DNA of 64,000 bases, taken from the NCBI GenBank assembly GCA_964016885.1, contig OZ024746.1, positions 85,870,001-85,934,000 on the forward strand. The letters run 5' to 3'. Every line of letters begins with the position of its first letter. Positions within the stretch are counted from its first letter, which is position 1. Below the pieces are notes generated by a model, which was not told the DNA's origin, did no database searches, and saw only the letters and a list, made by a program, of their open reading frames with translations. The position numbers and the translations under genes are program-made. The stretch is from Eledone cirrhosa (Eukaryota). Below, piece after piece: positions 13,727 through 26,139 of this stretch.

Positions 13727-14824
13727 CTGCAATGGAAAGATAAATAGAGATGAGAAAAGATAGGACCTTAATTCCTTCAGGGAAATGGCCCAGTTCAATA
13801 TGTAGAAAGTGAGTAGGCATAAACTCCTTATGATGTACACAAGGAACATAGCAAGATAACTGGTAGACTAACAGGAAGGGAAGACTTTGTATGTAGAAGA
13901 TGCAGAGGGGAAGAGCACCTGTGATATAAACCTTTTCCAGTCACAGGAAAGGCCCATAAAAGGATAATTAAATATCAATATTTTGTTTTAATGATTATAT
14001 CCATCAATTGTTATCAATCCTTACCACCAATATTTGATGTAACAAAATACTCATGGTATGATTGCTGCAACAGTAACAAATAATTTAGTGATTTTTGTAA
14101 ATAACAGAAATCTTCCAAACAAGTTAGACAGTCATGTTATAAGATGCTTAATTTCATGTTGAGTTTCATGACAAAACTGGGGACTCTATCATTTAAACAC
14201 CCCAAAAACCTATGAGATACAACTTTGTATGAGGCCAGCTTAACCTGTATAAGTGAAAGCTGTAAATTTCGTTTTTTGCTTCATATATATATGTAGGTGG
14301 CGAATTGGCAGAGTTATTAGAATGCTTTATTGTATTCGTTCCAGCTTCCTGCTCTCTGAGTTCAAATCCTGCCGAGGTTAACTTTGCCTTTCAGCTTTTC
14401 GAGGTCAATTCTTCCTCTCTGGAAGAAATCTGCTGTACTCAGTCCTGGAGAGGGATGGGCTCTGCAGGGTTAAAATGTCCAAGAAATGCTGTATCTCAAT
14501 ACGGCACCCCTACAATGTATCAGGAGTTATGGGACCCAAAATACATACATATATATGTAAGGTGGGAGTGCTTGAGCCACAAGAAAATGCTCCCAGGAAG
14601 GGCATCCAGCTGTAGAAAATATGAGCAAGATATGGTCACCTGCCTGGTCTAGCCTCAGAACATGATGGCTCGTCTAAGCCATGTAAGCAAGGAAAATAGA
14701 CATTAAATGATGATGATGATATATATGTCCAACCAATGCAAGCATAGAAAAGCAGATATATGATGATGGAAAAGGAAGGTATATGTACTCAAAAAGCAAC
14801 TATAAAATGGAGGTAGCTACTTAC

Positions 14825-14842
14825 CTTTCTTGTATGCACAAG
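14825..14842 (-). CDS. CRIPT: CRIPT exon 4 (18-nt microexon)
   Basis: Minus strand tttttgacag|CT TGT GCA TAC AAG AAA G|gtaagt = (A)CAYKK(G); supplies exactly the residues missing between exons 3 and 5. Confidence 0.92.
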
Positions 14843-15094
14843 CTGTCAAAAAGAAAGGAATAAATGATTATGTTATAGAAAGACAAAGATAAATAATATA
14901 AAACATTAGAACAGCAATAAATACATCTGTATTAGTAACAAACAATGAGGGTAGGAAGTCGGCTTATATATGCCACCTCAACAATGTGTTGGTTAGCTAT
15001 CTCAGCTTATAAATGGATTTTTGCCCATTTCTCAGACATAGAACAGGGGGGTCGGCTTATATTTGAATAATATATTTCTGTCACCATTTTTCAA

Positions 15095-16900
15095 AGACAA
15101 TGGTAATACTAGAAGGTGTCATACAAAAAGATTGGTGCAGTAGCATCATTGTCAACTGCTACAAAGGTAAAGGTGATGCACTCGATAGAAGAAACTATAG
15201 AGGTATAAAGCTGATGAACCAGGTCATGAAAGTAACAGAAAGAGTTATAGCACAGTTGATTAGGGACCGGGTGAAACTAGATGAGATGCAATTTGGGTTT
15301 GTACCAGGAAGAGGTACCACTGATGCCCTCTTCCTTGTGAGGCAGTTACAGGAAAAGTACCTAGCTAAAAGTAAGCCACTCTACCTGGCATTCGTCGATC
15401 TCGAGAAAGCCTTTGACAGAGTTCCACGTGCTGTAATCTGGTGGGCTCTTAGAAAACTAGGAGTAGATGAATGGCTTGTGAAAGCTGTACAAGCCATGTA
15501 TAGGGGAGCAGTCAGCAAAGTTAGGATTAGCAATGAGTATAGCGAGGAATTTAGCGTACAGGTTGGAGTCCACCAGGGCTCTGTTCTTAGCCCTCTCCTG
15601 TTCATCATAGTCCTGCAGGCAATAACGGAGGAGTTTAAGACCGGATGCCCGTGGGAACTCCTGTATGCTGATGACCTCACACTTATAGCTGAATCTATGG
15701 TAGAACTAGAGAAGAAATTCCATACTTGGAAGCAGGGACTAGAAAGAAAGGGTCTCAAAGTCAACATGACAAAGACTAAGGTCCTTGTAAGTAGACGAGA
15801 AAACAGAACCCAGATCCCCTCAGGGAAATGGCTTTGCTCAGTATGTAGGAAAGGTGTAGGTAGGAACTCCATTCTCTGCCCCAAATGCAAACAATGGGTA
15901 CACAAGAGATGTAGCGGGATCTCAGGAAGCTTAATTAAGAATGTAGGTTTCACATGCAGCAGCTGTACTGGGACAGCAAGCAGCAAACAGCCACAGGAAA
16001 CAAGTACCACCAATCTCTGGGAGGGCTCTGTAGAGACAGTAGACAGCTTCTGCTACCTGCGGAGGTGGGTGTTCAGAAAGTACAATAACTAGGGTGAGAA
16101 CGGGATGGAAGAAGTTCAGGGAACTACTGCCACTGCTAGCTGCAAAAGGCTTCTCCCTCAAAATGAAAGGCAGACTGTATGATGCGTGTATCCGAACAGC
16201 AACGTTACATGGTAGTGAGACCTGGGCGCTGAAGGTGGAAGACTTACGTAGATTAGAGAGAAACGAAGCCTGCATGCTCCGATGGATGTGTAATAGTAAT
16301 ATACGCGAACGACAAAGCATAAATGAATTGAGAGAGAGACTGAGCATAAGAGGAATCAAATGCTGTGTGCAGGAGAAGCGGTTGTGTTGGTATGGACATG
16401 TGATGCGTATGAAGGATGACAGCTGCATAAAAAGGTGCAGAGCACTAGAAGTCGATGGAAACCGCGGAGTGGAGAGACCCAAGATGACCTGGGATGAGGT
16501 GATAAAAGCCGACCTTACCCAATTACACACGACCGTGACCTCTGGCATCACGCAGTGATACAGAGTACCCGACCTCCCATGGGTACAAGCTGAAGCATAT
16601 AGACAATATGCCCCCACACCCTCCCACTGCAAGGTGGTCGTGGAGGTGCCACGGCAAAAAAGCACCGAGCCCACACTGTAAAGTGGACGTGTAGGCGCCA
16701 CGAAAAAGCACCCAGCACTCACTGTAAATGAGGTTGGTGTTAGGAAGGGCATCCAGCTGTAGAAATCAAGCCAAATCAGTTCCTGTATGAGCAAGGCATG
16801 GTCAGCCGACCAGACACTGCCCACAACAGGACATCCCGTCTAACCCATGCTAGCGTGGAAGAACGGACGTAAAACGGTGATGATGATGATGATGATGATG
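15095..16900 (+). mobile_element. RTE-clade LINE, 5'-truncated and frameshifted, in CRIPT intron 3
   Basis: RT motifs YRGIKL, QFGFVPGRGTTDA, FVDLEKAFDRV, GVHQGSVLSP, LYADD; Cys/His finger; YGHVMR thumb region; (GAT)n tail. Confidence 0.93.
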
Positions 16901-16968
16901 AATGAAATCCACTACTTGTAGCCCAATCATGTAGCTTCTGTTAGGATAAGAACAAAGACAATGCTTAC

Positions 16969-17103
16969 CTTGGCAATAATGTGATCCAGACTGATGTACA
17001 GATGACTTGCATATACGACATTTTTGAAATATGTTGTAGGGGCTGTATCTGTTCTTTTTCGATGTTAGAGCTTTGTTTTCATTGATGATTCGTCCTCCAC
17101 CCT
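16969..17103 (-). CDS. CRIPT: CRIPT exon 3
   Basis: 135 nt with tag| and |gtaagc. Encodes (E)GGGRIINENKALTSKKNRYSPYNIFQKCRICKSSVHQSGSHYCQ. Confidence 0.95.
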
Positions 17104-17151
17104 CTATTATTACAAGAAATTACAACTGTCAACCATATACATGGGTAAGTT

Positions 17152-17410
17152 TTAACCTTTTAGCATTTAAACCGGCCAGAATTCTTTAACCGCTTTCTGT
17201 TCAAACTGGTCTTAACTAGTCGGTCTGTGTGTGTGTGTGCGCGCGCTGGGTGTATATATATATATATATGCCATTACCACAACAGAAGTCCAACAAGCTT
17301 TTGATTTCCGAGTCGGGCGAAAGCTCATAGATTCAATATTATGTGAGATAAAGCCTTTACCACGAAAATACAATAGTAAATATAGAGTAATGTAGATGCT
17401 AAAGGGTTAA
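17152..17410. mobile_element. piggyBac-type MITE copy with a microsatellite insertion
   Basis: Same TIRs and TTAA ends as 13079-13306. Confidence 0.75.
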
Positions 17411-17471
17411 TTAGAAACAATCATTGAGTATTGTAGATCAATATGGCATTTTAAGTGTTTTATGTATAAGT

Positions 17472-17513
<42 letters not shown>

Positions 17514-18836
17514 GATAATATATATACATTACCAAATAAATTTAACAAATGACTCACTTATAATTTGAGGATAAATGATATATTTCATACAGTGAAATTT
17601 TAACACTACCACTCTCTCTTTCTCTCTAGCACACACATTCTTACCATCCCTTTTGCATAGTGTGACCGACAATTTACACGTGTAATCTATTATTTGTATT
17701 TTGATATAATAAATGTCAATGCAACAAACTAAGGCAGACAAATGTTCCAAGGAACTATGAAAAACTACCTGACTGTTAGAAAACTACTGAGGTTTACAAA
17801 GATCGAGGAGAGGTCACAGGAGTAGGAAAACAGCCCCTGATACTATATCTGGGACCTCTGTATGTCTTGTGAGATTGTAGGTCTGCACTAGGAAGGGAAA
17901 GTGCCTTTCCAAGGTGCAGGCTTGGGTAAGGCGTATTTTTCTTTTTCTGAAAGACCAGCAGTCACTTATACATCCAAGTCTCCCTTCTACACACCACCAA
18001 TATTCTCTGTTTACACTACTTCTTGGTGATAATGACCTTTACGGGAAATATAAATGCATCTACCTGTGACTTGGTTGCTCTTCTTGATGCCAACCCTTTT
18101 AGTCACCTCTTAACACAAACAGGGATATGGTGTACCTATTCTAAAAACCAGGATATACACATGGATATTTGGTGAGCTGAATTTTAGGTTCCAATAATGA
18201 CTATCTGTAGCTCTTTGATGAACCTATATTTTTGTCAGACAACTTTATTTATTAGTTCATGTATTAATCAACAGTAAATGTTTGTAGAGCTGGTTCTAAG
18301 TAGACCAAACACACTGCTATTTCTAGCATTCCTGTTAGCCTGCCTGTATCCTTACATTATTATGTTTTCTCACTATGTGCGTTCAAAACTGCTTTGAAAG
18401 CATGGAGATGAGTCTTATTTTTGCATCTTATAAGATGAAAAGATTCTACTAATGATTGAGTGGGTTTTCATCATCTGGCTTTGCCATTCTGTTTTTCACT
18501 CATGAAATAGCGCTATACAGAATCAAGAAATCTTGGAATTTTACCATTCTTAAGTAAGTTTTTTTACTTGCTATCCAATTTGAAAATCATCAAAATTTTA
18601 CCATCTATGTAAGTTCTTTGACTTGCTATCCGATTTTTCTTTGACACACACACACACATATATGTATATATATGTGTGTACTGCGTGTGTTTATATTTAT
18701 ATATATATGAATGGTAAGAATTGATCTTTTAACATCTTTTCTCTCAGATCTTCTTATACCATTGCACCCGTATAATTTTATAAAGACGCATATGGCTACA
18801 TTTGTGTCAACATTACCTTTCCTTTGCATTTTATAT

Positions 18837-18870
<34 letters not shown>

Positions 18871-19041
18871 TTGTATGTGTGTGTGCTGATACCCATCGTT
18901 TTCCGTCCAGTGGATTTATACGCCCCGTTATTAGACTATATTATGTTGTCACTCCTATTTCTACTCTCTCTATCTACAGACACACACACACACATATATA
19001 TATACACACATACAATTCCTCTCAGAATAGCAAGCAATTAC

Positions 19042-19107
19042 CTGTTGTATTCCTGGCACCACTCTTCCATGGATCTGGCGTGATAACTTTGCCAAGTTTG
19101 GTCTGAC
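19042..19107 (-). CDS. CRIPT: CRIPT exon 2
   Basis: 66 nt with tttag| and |gtaatt. Encodes (C)QTKLGKVITPDPWKSGARNTT. Confidence 0.95.
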
Positions 19108-19239
19108 CTAAAATATGAAGTCATTCTTTTATTATAAACAGAACCTCAAATTTTAACATATATTATTGTGGATGGCAAAATCATTGGGGCATCATACATG
19201 CTTTTCAGCATTTAGTTACGTCCCCTTTGCATTCTGTTA

Positions 19240-19390
19240 ATAATTGTTTCTACTTTAGGCATAAGGCCAACAATTACCCAGTGCATTACTGGTACTTTAT
19301 TTTATCGACCCCCGTAAGGATGAAAGGCAAAGTCAACCTCGGCGGGATTTGAACTCAGATCGTAAAGGGACGTAACTATGCTGGAAAATA
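19240..19390 (-). mobile_element. tRNA-derived SINE (related copies near 14296, 22408, 45310, 49350, 59810, 62600-63240)
   Basis: B-box-like GAGTTCAAATCC on the sense strand, shared core gaggttaactttgcctttcatcc...gtcgataaaataaagtaccag, and an (ATT)n-type tail. Confidence 0.75.
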
Positions 19391-19751
19391 ATGCTCTTTA
19401 CGATTCTCTCACACACACACTTGTCAATCACGCTCAAACATTTCTTCATTATGTAAACAAAATACACACAGCCAAGTATTATTGCTGATTGTTGTAAGGA
19501 GATCGTTCAATTAAATACGGAGATTACCGAATTTTTCACTCACATGATACTTAAAACGATATTCATGTTATTGTCGATCTGTTTCATTTTTGTCTTTCAC
19601 TTCCGCGATATTTAAAACGAAGGATTATATATATGTAAATTCTCCCCCCCCCCCTCTCTCTCTCTCTATATATATATAGTTCAAGGAGACAACTAACAGG
19701 AGTACAAAAAGTGTTATTAGTTTCACGCTTTATATTGGAAAGAGGAAAGAA

Positions 19752-19788
19752 AGTTCGACGTATCGGGTTTAAGCCCTACACCAGGAGT
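19752..19788 (-). ncRNA. Degenerate minimal hammerhead ribozyme (PLE-type)
   Basis: Minus strand CTGGTGTA-gggc-ttaa-accc-GATAC-GTC resembles CTGATGA-stem II-GAAACGTC with core substitutions. Confidence 0.35.
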
Positions 19789-19827
19789 ACAAATTAAAAG
19801 GAGAAACAAAGGAGAAACAGAAAAAGG

Positions 19828-20041
19828 GGCACTACAACGCTATTAGCTGTCAGTCGAAAGCAGCCGATGAAAGCAAAACATCGTTTATTTCCGTATTACT
19901 ACCACGCGTAAGTGGAGTTACTTAAATGAAAAAAAATTTTTTTTCACGCGTTTTTAATTTTTTTTTTTATTAAAGCATATAGATGTAAGTGGAGTTACTT
20001 AAATGAAAATATAGGTGGCCCTTAAAAGGGCCAAATTAGAA
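19828..20041 (+). mobile_element. Partial MITE with GG-starting TIR (left boundary of the 13.1-kb block)
   Basis: GGCACTACAACGCTATTAGCTGTCAGTC; inverted homology to 32680-32923. Confidence 0.7.
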
Positions 20042-20073
20042 TATACCGCTGCATTTTTACAGTTTTACTAGTT

Positions 20074-20110
<37 letters not shown>

Positions 20111-20112
20111 CA

Positions 20113-20194
20113 CACACGGTGTCCCCACCAAAATATATACACACTTTGATTACTTTGCTGTTGAAGTGTGAATACATTTTTTGGGACACTGTGT
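20113..20194. mobile_element. Tiny Tc1/mariner-like hairpin MITE
   Basis: cacggtgtcccc...atacacactt pairs with aagtgtgaatac...gggacactgtg, within TA/CA repeats. Confidence 0.55.
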
Positions 20195-20818
20195 TTGTAT
20201 ATATATATATTGGGGGAAGGGAGACATTTTTAGATGCTATACCTGACATAATAAAAAAACAAAATACACCCCTAACATTTGCCGGATTATCAATCACGAG
20301 AGTAGATAAATAAATATATAAATACATAAATAAGAAATGATAGAAAAGGAAAAGAAAATCCCTACATTATATAATATTCCCAGTCACCCCTAAATTTCAA
20401 AACCAGGAGGGAAAAGTTCGAGGGTTAAAATCCCAAATGATGGTACCTCAAATACTAGTGTATCCCTTCGCATTACAGTTTAAAGGAATACATATGATCG
20501 CTTTGATGACTCTTATTCGTTTCTAAGGGTTTCGTTTTTTTCTCTTCTTTCTATCATATATATATATATGTCAAAATCTTTCCCTCTGTCTATCTCTTTC
20601 CCTCTCTGTATATCTTTTGCCATAAAAACGATAATGATAATCAATTCAATTAAGAAATATATATATATATATTATTAGTATTATTATTAAAATTAAATAC
20701 CATTTATTCTGCGGCAGAGAGCTTTGTCTTCTCCATCATTCGCTCCTCCAGAATCGTAGTACTCGTCGTTATTGTATGTGTGTGTTTCTGCGTGTGAGTG
20801 TGTATGTATGTATATATA

Positions 20819-21633
20819 GGCATAGGTAAAATATAACGTCCGGGAAAGTGAAACTAATTTTTATGACAAGTGAATGTGTTTGTTTTTTAGTATTGCGTGT
20901 GTGATTATTTTTTCTTTTTCTTTTTTTGTGTATTGTGTGTACGGAAAATTATACTTACCTTATCAACATCCTTATTAGACCGTATAAATAGCTGAAATAC
21001 AGTTGATCATCTCGCCAAATTTGTTGGCACCAACTCTCTGCCGCCAAAGAAAGTCAGCTAAATACGAGGGGAATAAATCGTCGCTTGTCCCATGTTGTCG
21101 ACGGAGCTTTTTCTTCGCACGGCTCCAAGTGTTCTCTCGTGAGACTCTTGTCCCCATTATACAGGAATGGATTTTGCCAGGAAGCCACATCATGTCCGAT
21201 GGTTGGTCTTCCTATTCTGATAGAGGAAATTCAAGGTGGCATTTACCTCCATGATGTTGTGCACCAACGGAACTTTGTCGATCCTGAAGACCCTAATGTG
21301 CACACACAACTCATAGAGAACACTTGGAGCCGTGCGAAGAAAAAGCTCCGTCGACAACATGGGACAAGCGACGATTTATTCCCCTCGTATTTAGCTGAAT
21401 TTCTTTGGCGGCAGAGAGTTGGTGCCAACAAATTTGGCGAGATGATCAACTGTATTTCAGCTATTTATACGGTCTAATAAGGATGTTGATAAGGTAAGTA
21501 TAATTTTCCGTACACACAATACACAAGAAAAGAAAAAGAAAAAATAATCACACACGCAATACTAAAAAACAAACACATTCACTTGTCATAAAAATTAGTT
21601 TCACTTTCCCGGACGTTATATTTTACCTATGCC
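20819..21633. mobile_element. Palindromic Merlin (IS1016/ISXO2-like) derivative
   Basis: 319-bp near-perfect inverted arms around a 177-bp spacer. Encodes IMSDGWSSY...HQRNFVDP...HTQLIENTWSRAKK...YLAEFLWR (Merlin/ISXO2 DDE C-terminus). Ends start with GG; GTATATATA on both flanks. Confidence 0.88.
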
Positions 21634-21669
<36 letters not shown>

Positions 21670-22101
21670 TGTGTATGTGTTTGTGTGTATATGTATATAT
21701 GTTTGCGATCTACACTTTCGCCCTTCGTGAGGAGAATGCTGTGTACGTATTCACATATTTAGAGGTAATATCACGTGAACACAATCACGTGACAAATCAC
21801 ATTATTTTTTTCAAAAGGAAAAGTTTGAAGCCATTTTTCTTTCAAAAGGAAAAGTTTGGCGCCAAAATTCTCTCAGTGTTGTCTGAAGCTGAGGAACCGG
21901 AGTTATTCCATTTCTGTCAACAGCTTACTGGCGAAACAGATCTCTTTGGATTTGTACGTGTGTTATATAGTTATAGAGGTATTTTTAATTATCGTGTCTA
22001 TACTCTGCCTTTCATAGGTTATAGATTCCATACACTGGTGGTTTTTTCTGTTTTATTGATAGCGCACTGTATATCTCTCTCTAGTGTGTTACCTTTTCAA
22101 C

Positions 22102-22172
<71 letters not shown>

Positions 22173-22177
22173 ATATA

Positions 22178-22407
22178 TATAATAATAAAGAAAGACGGTA
22201 TCACTTGTTCATCCCTATTTATTTTATTATACTTATTTCGAAGACATATGTCATTTGTATAATATCTGCCCTACGTGTTTTATTCCGTGCAAGATGTAAA
22301 TATCCGTTGATATGAGAACACGTAGGGCAGATGTTATACAAATGAAATACGCATAATAAGATAAATAGGGATGAGCAAATGATACCGTCTTTCTTGTTTA
22401 TTATTAT
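22178..22407. mobile_element. Fold-back MITE-like element next to (TA)n
   Basis: aagaaagacggtatcacttgttcatccctatttat...ctgccctacgtgtt pairs with aacacgtagggcag...ataaatagggatgagcaaatgataccgtctttctt. Confidence 0.7.
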
Positions 22408-23070
22408 AACCCGCCGAGGTTAACTTTGCCTTTCATCCTTATGGCGTCGATAAAATAAAGTACAAAAAATACACTGAGTAATTGCTGGCCTTGTGCCAAA
22501 GTAGAAACAATTATTATAATAAAACTCCGGATAAACATAAACTGTTGAGTGTTTGTCATCTCTTATGAAAGAGTCGGCAGATTTTCAATCAACCAACTTT
22601 CCTTAGTTGTATAAATATATGTATGTATATATATATACGTATATTTCCTTTAATATTGTAACATTAAAGGAATATATAGTTCTGAAAGAATCGCGAGCAA
22701 TTTATAATGTTATTTAAGCATTGGTAATGTTATTTATGTATATATTTAAAACATATTTGCTATGTTATTCTACTGTAAATTTATTTATGTTTTGTATATA
22801 TATATACACAAATAATGAATCTGTATATTAAAACATCGTTTGTATTATTCAATCAGTTTATTGAACTAGAATGCTCATCGTCAAGTACTTTATACATATA
22901 TATATATATATGTGTGTGTGTGTATGTATGTATATCTATATATATGTGTGTGTGTATATATATGTGTATGTATATATATATGTGTGTGTGTATGCATGTG
23001 TGTATGTATATATATGTGTGTGTGTATGTATATATATATGTGTATGTATATATATGTATATATATATATA

Positions 23071-24690
23071 TCATCATCATCATCATCATCATCATTTTAC
23101 GTCCGCTTTTCCCTGCTTGCAAGGGTGGGACGGGTCTTATTCAGCACAGCATCTCTCCACTCGTCACGGTCCCTCGTCATCTCCACCATGAGCTTCAATG
23201 ATCTGAGGTCTGTTCTCACCACCTCCGCCCATGTTTTTCGTGGTCTACCTCTACTACGTCTTCCTTCAACTGGCATTTCCTGGCACTTCTTCACCCATCG
23301 GTCATCCTCCATGCGCATCACATGTCCATACCACCTCAGTCTCCTCTCCCGTACACTACATTCTATCCCTCTCAGACAGTTTCTCTCTCAACACATTTAT
23401 GCTGGGTCGTTCACGCACATTTACACTGCACATCCAACGGAGCATGCTTGCCTCATTTCTCTCCAGCCGTCGCATATCTTCTGCGGTAGCTGCCCATGTC
23501 TCACTACCATGCAGCATCGCGCTCCTCACACAGGCATCATACAACCGGCCTTTCGTACGCAGGGAGAAACCCTTCTTCGTCAACAGAGGAAGCAGCTCCC
23601 TAAACTTCTTCCAACCCGTCCTTATTCTAGATACTATGGCCTCGGAACACCCTCCTCCCATGCTAATCTGATCTCCTAGGTACCGGAAGCTATCCACCAC
23701 TTCTATAGCGCCCTCTCGCATTTGAAAAATGTGTCTATCAGTGCGACTTCTACTGTCTAATTTCCCTGTACATCTACTGCATACATATTTCTCCCTACCT
23801 GTTAGTTTGCCTGCTATCCCGCTACATCTCTTGTGTACCCAGGACCTACATTGTGTGCATTTTATAGAATTTATGCCAGTTCCTTTTCTGCATATCGAAC
23901 ATGGCCATTTCCCTGACGGAATCAGGGTTTTGTCCTCTTTTCTACTCATCAACACTTTTGTCTTAGCTAGATTTACTCTCAGTCCTCTTGCTTCCAACTG
24001 CTGTTACCATAGCCGGAATTTATTCTCTAGCTCCTCTACTGATTCTGCCATAAGAGCCAGATCGTCAGCATAGAGAAGTTCCCATGGACAGCCAGTCTTA
24101 AACTCCTCTGTTATGGCTTGGAGGACTATAATGAACAAGAGCGGGCTGAGGACCAAACCCTGATGTACTCCTACTTGTATCTGGAATTCCTCACTAAACT
24201 CCATTCCTACCCTGACTTTACTGAGAGTACCTCTGTACAAAGTTTGCACTGTCCTTACAAGCCATTCCTCAACACCCAGCTTCCTTAGGGACCACCAGAT
24301 GACAGATCGGGGTACCCTATCAAAGGCCTTCTCTAGGTCAACAAAGGCCAAGTATAGTGGCTTATTCTTCTCTAAGAACCTCTCTTGCATTTGTCTCACC
24401 AAGAAGAGGGCATCTGTTGTACTCTTCCCAGGCACAAAACCAAACTGCATCTCATCTAGTTTGACCCTTTCTCTAATTAGTTGTGCTAAAATCCTTTCTG
24501 CCACTTTCATAACCTGATCTATCAGTTTTATACCCCTATAATTGCTCCTCTCCAAAGCATCCCCTTTACCTTTGTAGCAATTTATGAGAATACTGCTGCA
24601 CCAGTCTTTGGGTATGACACCACCATATATAGCCTGATTGATTATGCGTGCAACCAGTTTAGTGCCTACGTCCCCTGATGCCTTCAGCAT
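23071..24690 (-). mobile_element. RTE-clade LINE, 5'-truncated
   Basis: Three ORF pieces closely related to the RT at 15100 (YADD, FRYLG, Cys/His finger); (ATG)n tail; embedded in TA/TG microsatellite. Confidence 0.93.
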
Positions 24691-25029
24691 ATATATATGA
24701 AGATAAATTAACGGAGCCATAGAGTCGCGTTATTCCCTGTAAATTATGTGCTCAAAGGGAAAGGATTCCTATAGATATTGTATATGTATATATATATATG
24801 CATGTATATATATGTATATGTGTATATATATGCATGTATATGTGTATTTGTGTATATGTATGTATATATATGAATGTATATATATATATATGTGTATTTG
24901 TATGTATGTATATATATGAATGTATATATATATGTGTGTATTTGTATATATGTATATGTGTGTATGTATGTATATATATGAATGTATATATATATATATA
25001 TGTATGTGTATATATATAGATGTAATCTG

Positions 25030-25990
25030 AATAGTATGGTAGAATATTAAGTGTTAAATGTTAATTGAACAAGTACTTTCATGCTTTCGCAATCTTCAGG
25101 TTCATATTCTGTGGTGACAGTCAAGTTTGCAATTTTCAACTGTAATGAGATGGGTAAATTTTGCAAACTGTATTTCGACCAATTGGTGTGTAGTTTCACT
25201 GGATTACTGAAGCTGATTGGTTTAGGCGTCATGGTTGGTTGAGCATGTCTAATGACTTCTATTTGGCTCTATCCAAAGCATCAATTGTTTTGCTATTTTT
25301 AGAAATGATGTAAATAGCATTTTCTAGGGTTTTTATACCCCTAAGAATTATTATTGTTCATTTAGCTTGGGTTGGAATTTATCAATAAAATTCTTTTCTT
25401 TGATTTTTCTCTTGATTTCACTTGGCCTGTGTAATTTGTAGAATGGAAATATTATAAATAAGTTGCTAGATGGTTACTCAGGGGTATCTGACGGACATTT
25501 GGGTCTTTGATTTGCTGTCGGTGCACCCGTGCACGTTCCGATAGTGCATTTCCAGTTTGACCGACATATAGTTCTTCACAATTCGGGCATTTAATGCAGT
25601 AAATTAGATTTCTGCTTTTGCAGTTCATATTTGCATTTGGGAATATTTTTCAAAATTCCAACCCAAGCTAAATGAACAATAATAATTCTTAGGGTTATAA
25701 AAATTCTAAAAAATGCTATTTTCATCCTTTCTAAAAATAGCAAAACAATTGATGCTTTGAATAGGGCCAAATAGAAGTCGTTAGAGATGCCCAACCAACC
25801 GTGATGCCTAAACCAATCAGCTTCAGTAATCCAGTGAAACTACACACCGATTGGTCGAAATACAGTTTGCAAAATTTAGCATTCTGTAGCCGCTTTTCAC
25901 TGTATATAAGGCACAACATTTACCCACCTCATTACAGTTGAAAATTGTAAACTTGACTGTCACCACAGAATATGAACCTGAAGATTGCTA
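25030..25990 (-). mobile_element. Penelope-like element 3' fragment with inverted pseudo-LTR
   Basis: Minus strand 25650-25352 reads MNCKSRNLIYCIKCPNCEELYVGQTGNALSERARVHRQQIKDP...(frameshift)...IDKFQPKLNEQ*, a PLE GIY-YIG endonuclease. The 3' region 25089-25380 is repeated inverted at 25652-25988. Confidence 0.88.
25066..25104 (-). ncRNA. Minimal type I hammerhead ribozyme in the PLE 3' repeat
   Basis: TGAAC-CTGAAGA-t-TGC-gaaa-GCA-t-GAA-AGTACT-T-GTTCA: perfect 5-bp stem I, intact core and palindromic stem III. Confidence 0.8.
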
Positions 25991-26107
25991 TTTCATTCTA
26001 ATACCATTATAATTTTAAAGGATTGTAAATAAAATGAGTAAATCAGACAAAGTTGGAATTCCTTTTATTAATATAATCTTCTATACACAATCATACACAC
26101 CCATGTA

Positions 26108-26139
<32 letters not shown>

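Noticed and set aside
15381-16824. Long antisense ORFs over the RTE elements and Sororin exons (also 44129-44611, 62034-62384)
   Set aside because: They are shadow frames opposite genuine coding sequence.
17296-17330. GAAAGCTC hammerhead-like end
   Set aside because: There is no CUGANGA core, and the sequence matches the body of the piggyBac MITE.
21840-21965. E2F-like TTTGGCGCCAAA and a possible donor, suggesting a nested plus-strand first exon
   Set aside because: No downstream exon or recognisable protein was found; the 198-aa ORF runs through microsatellites.
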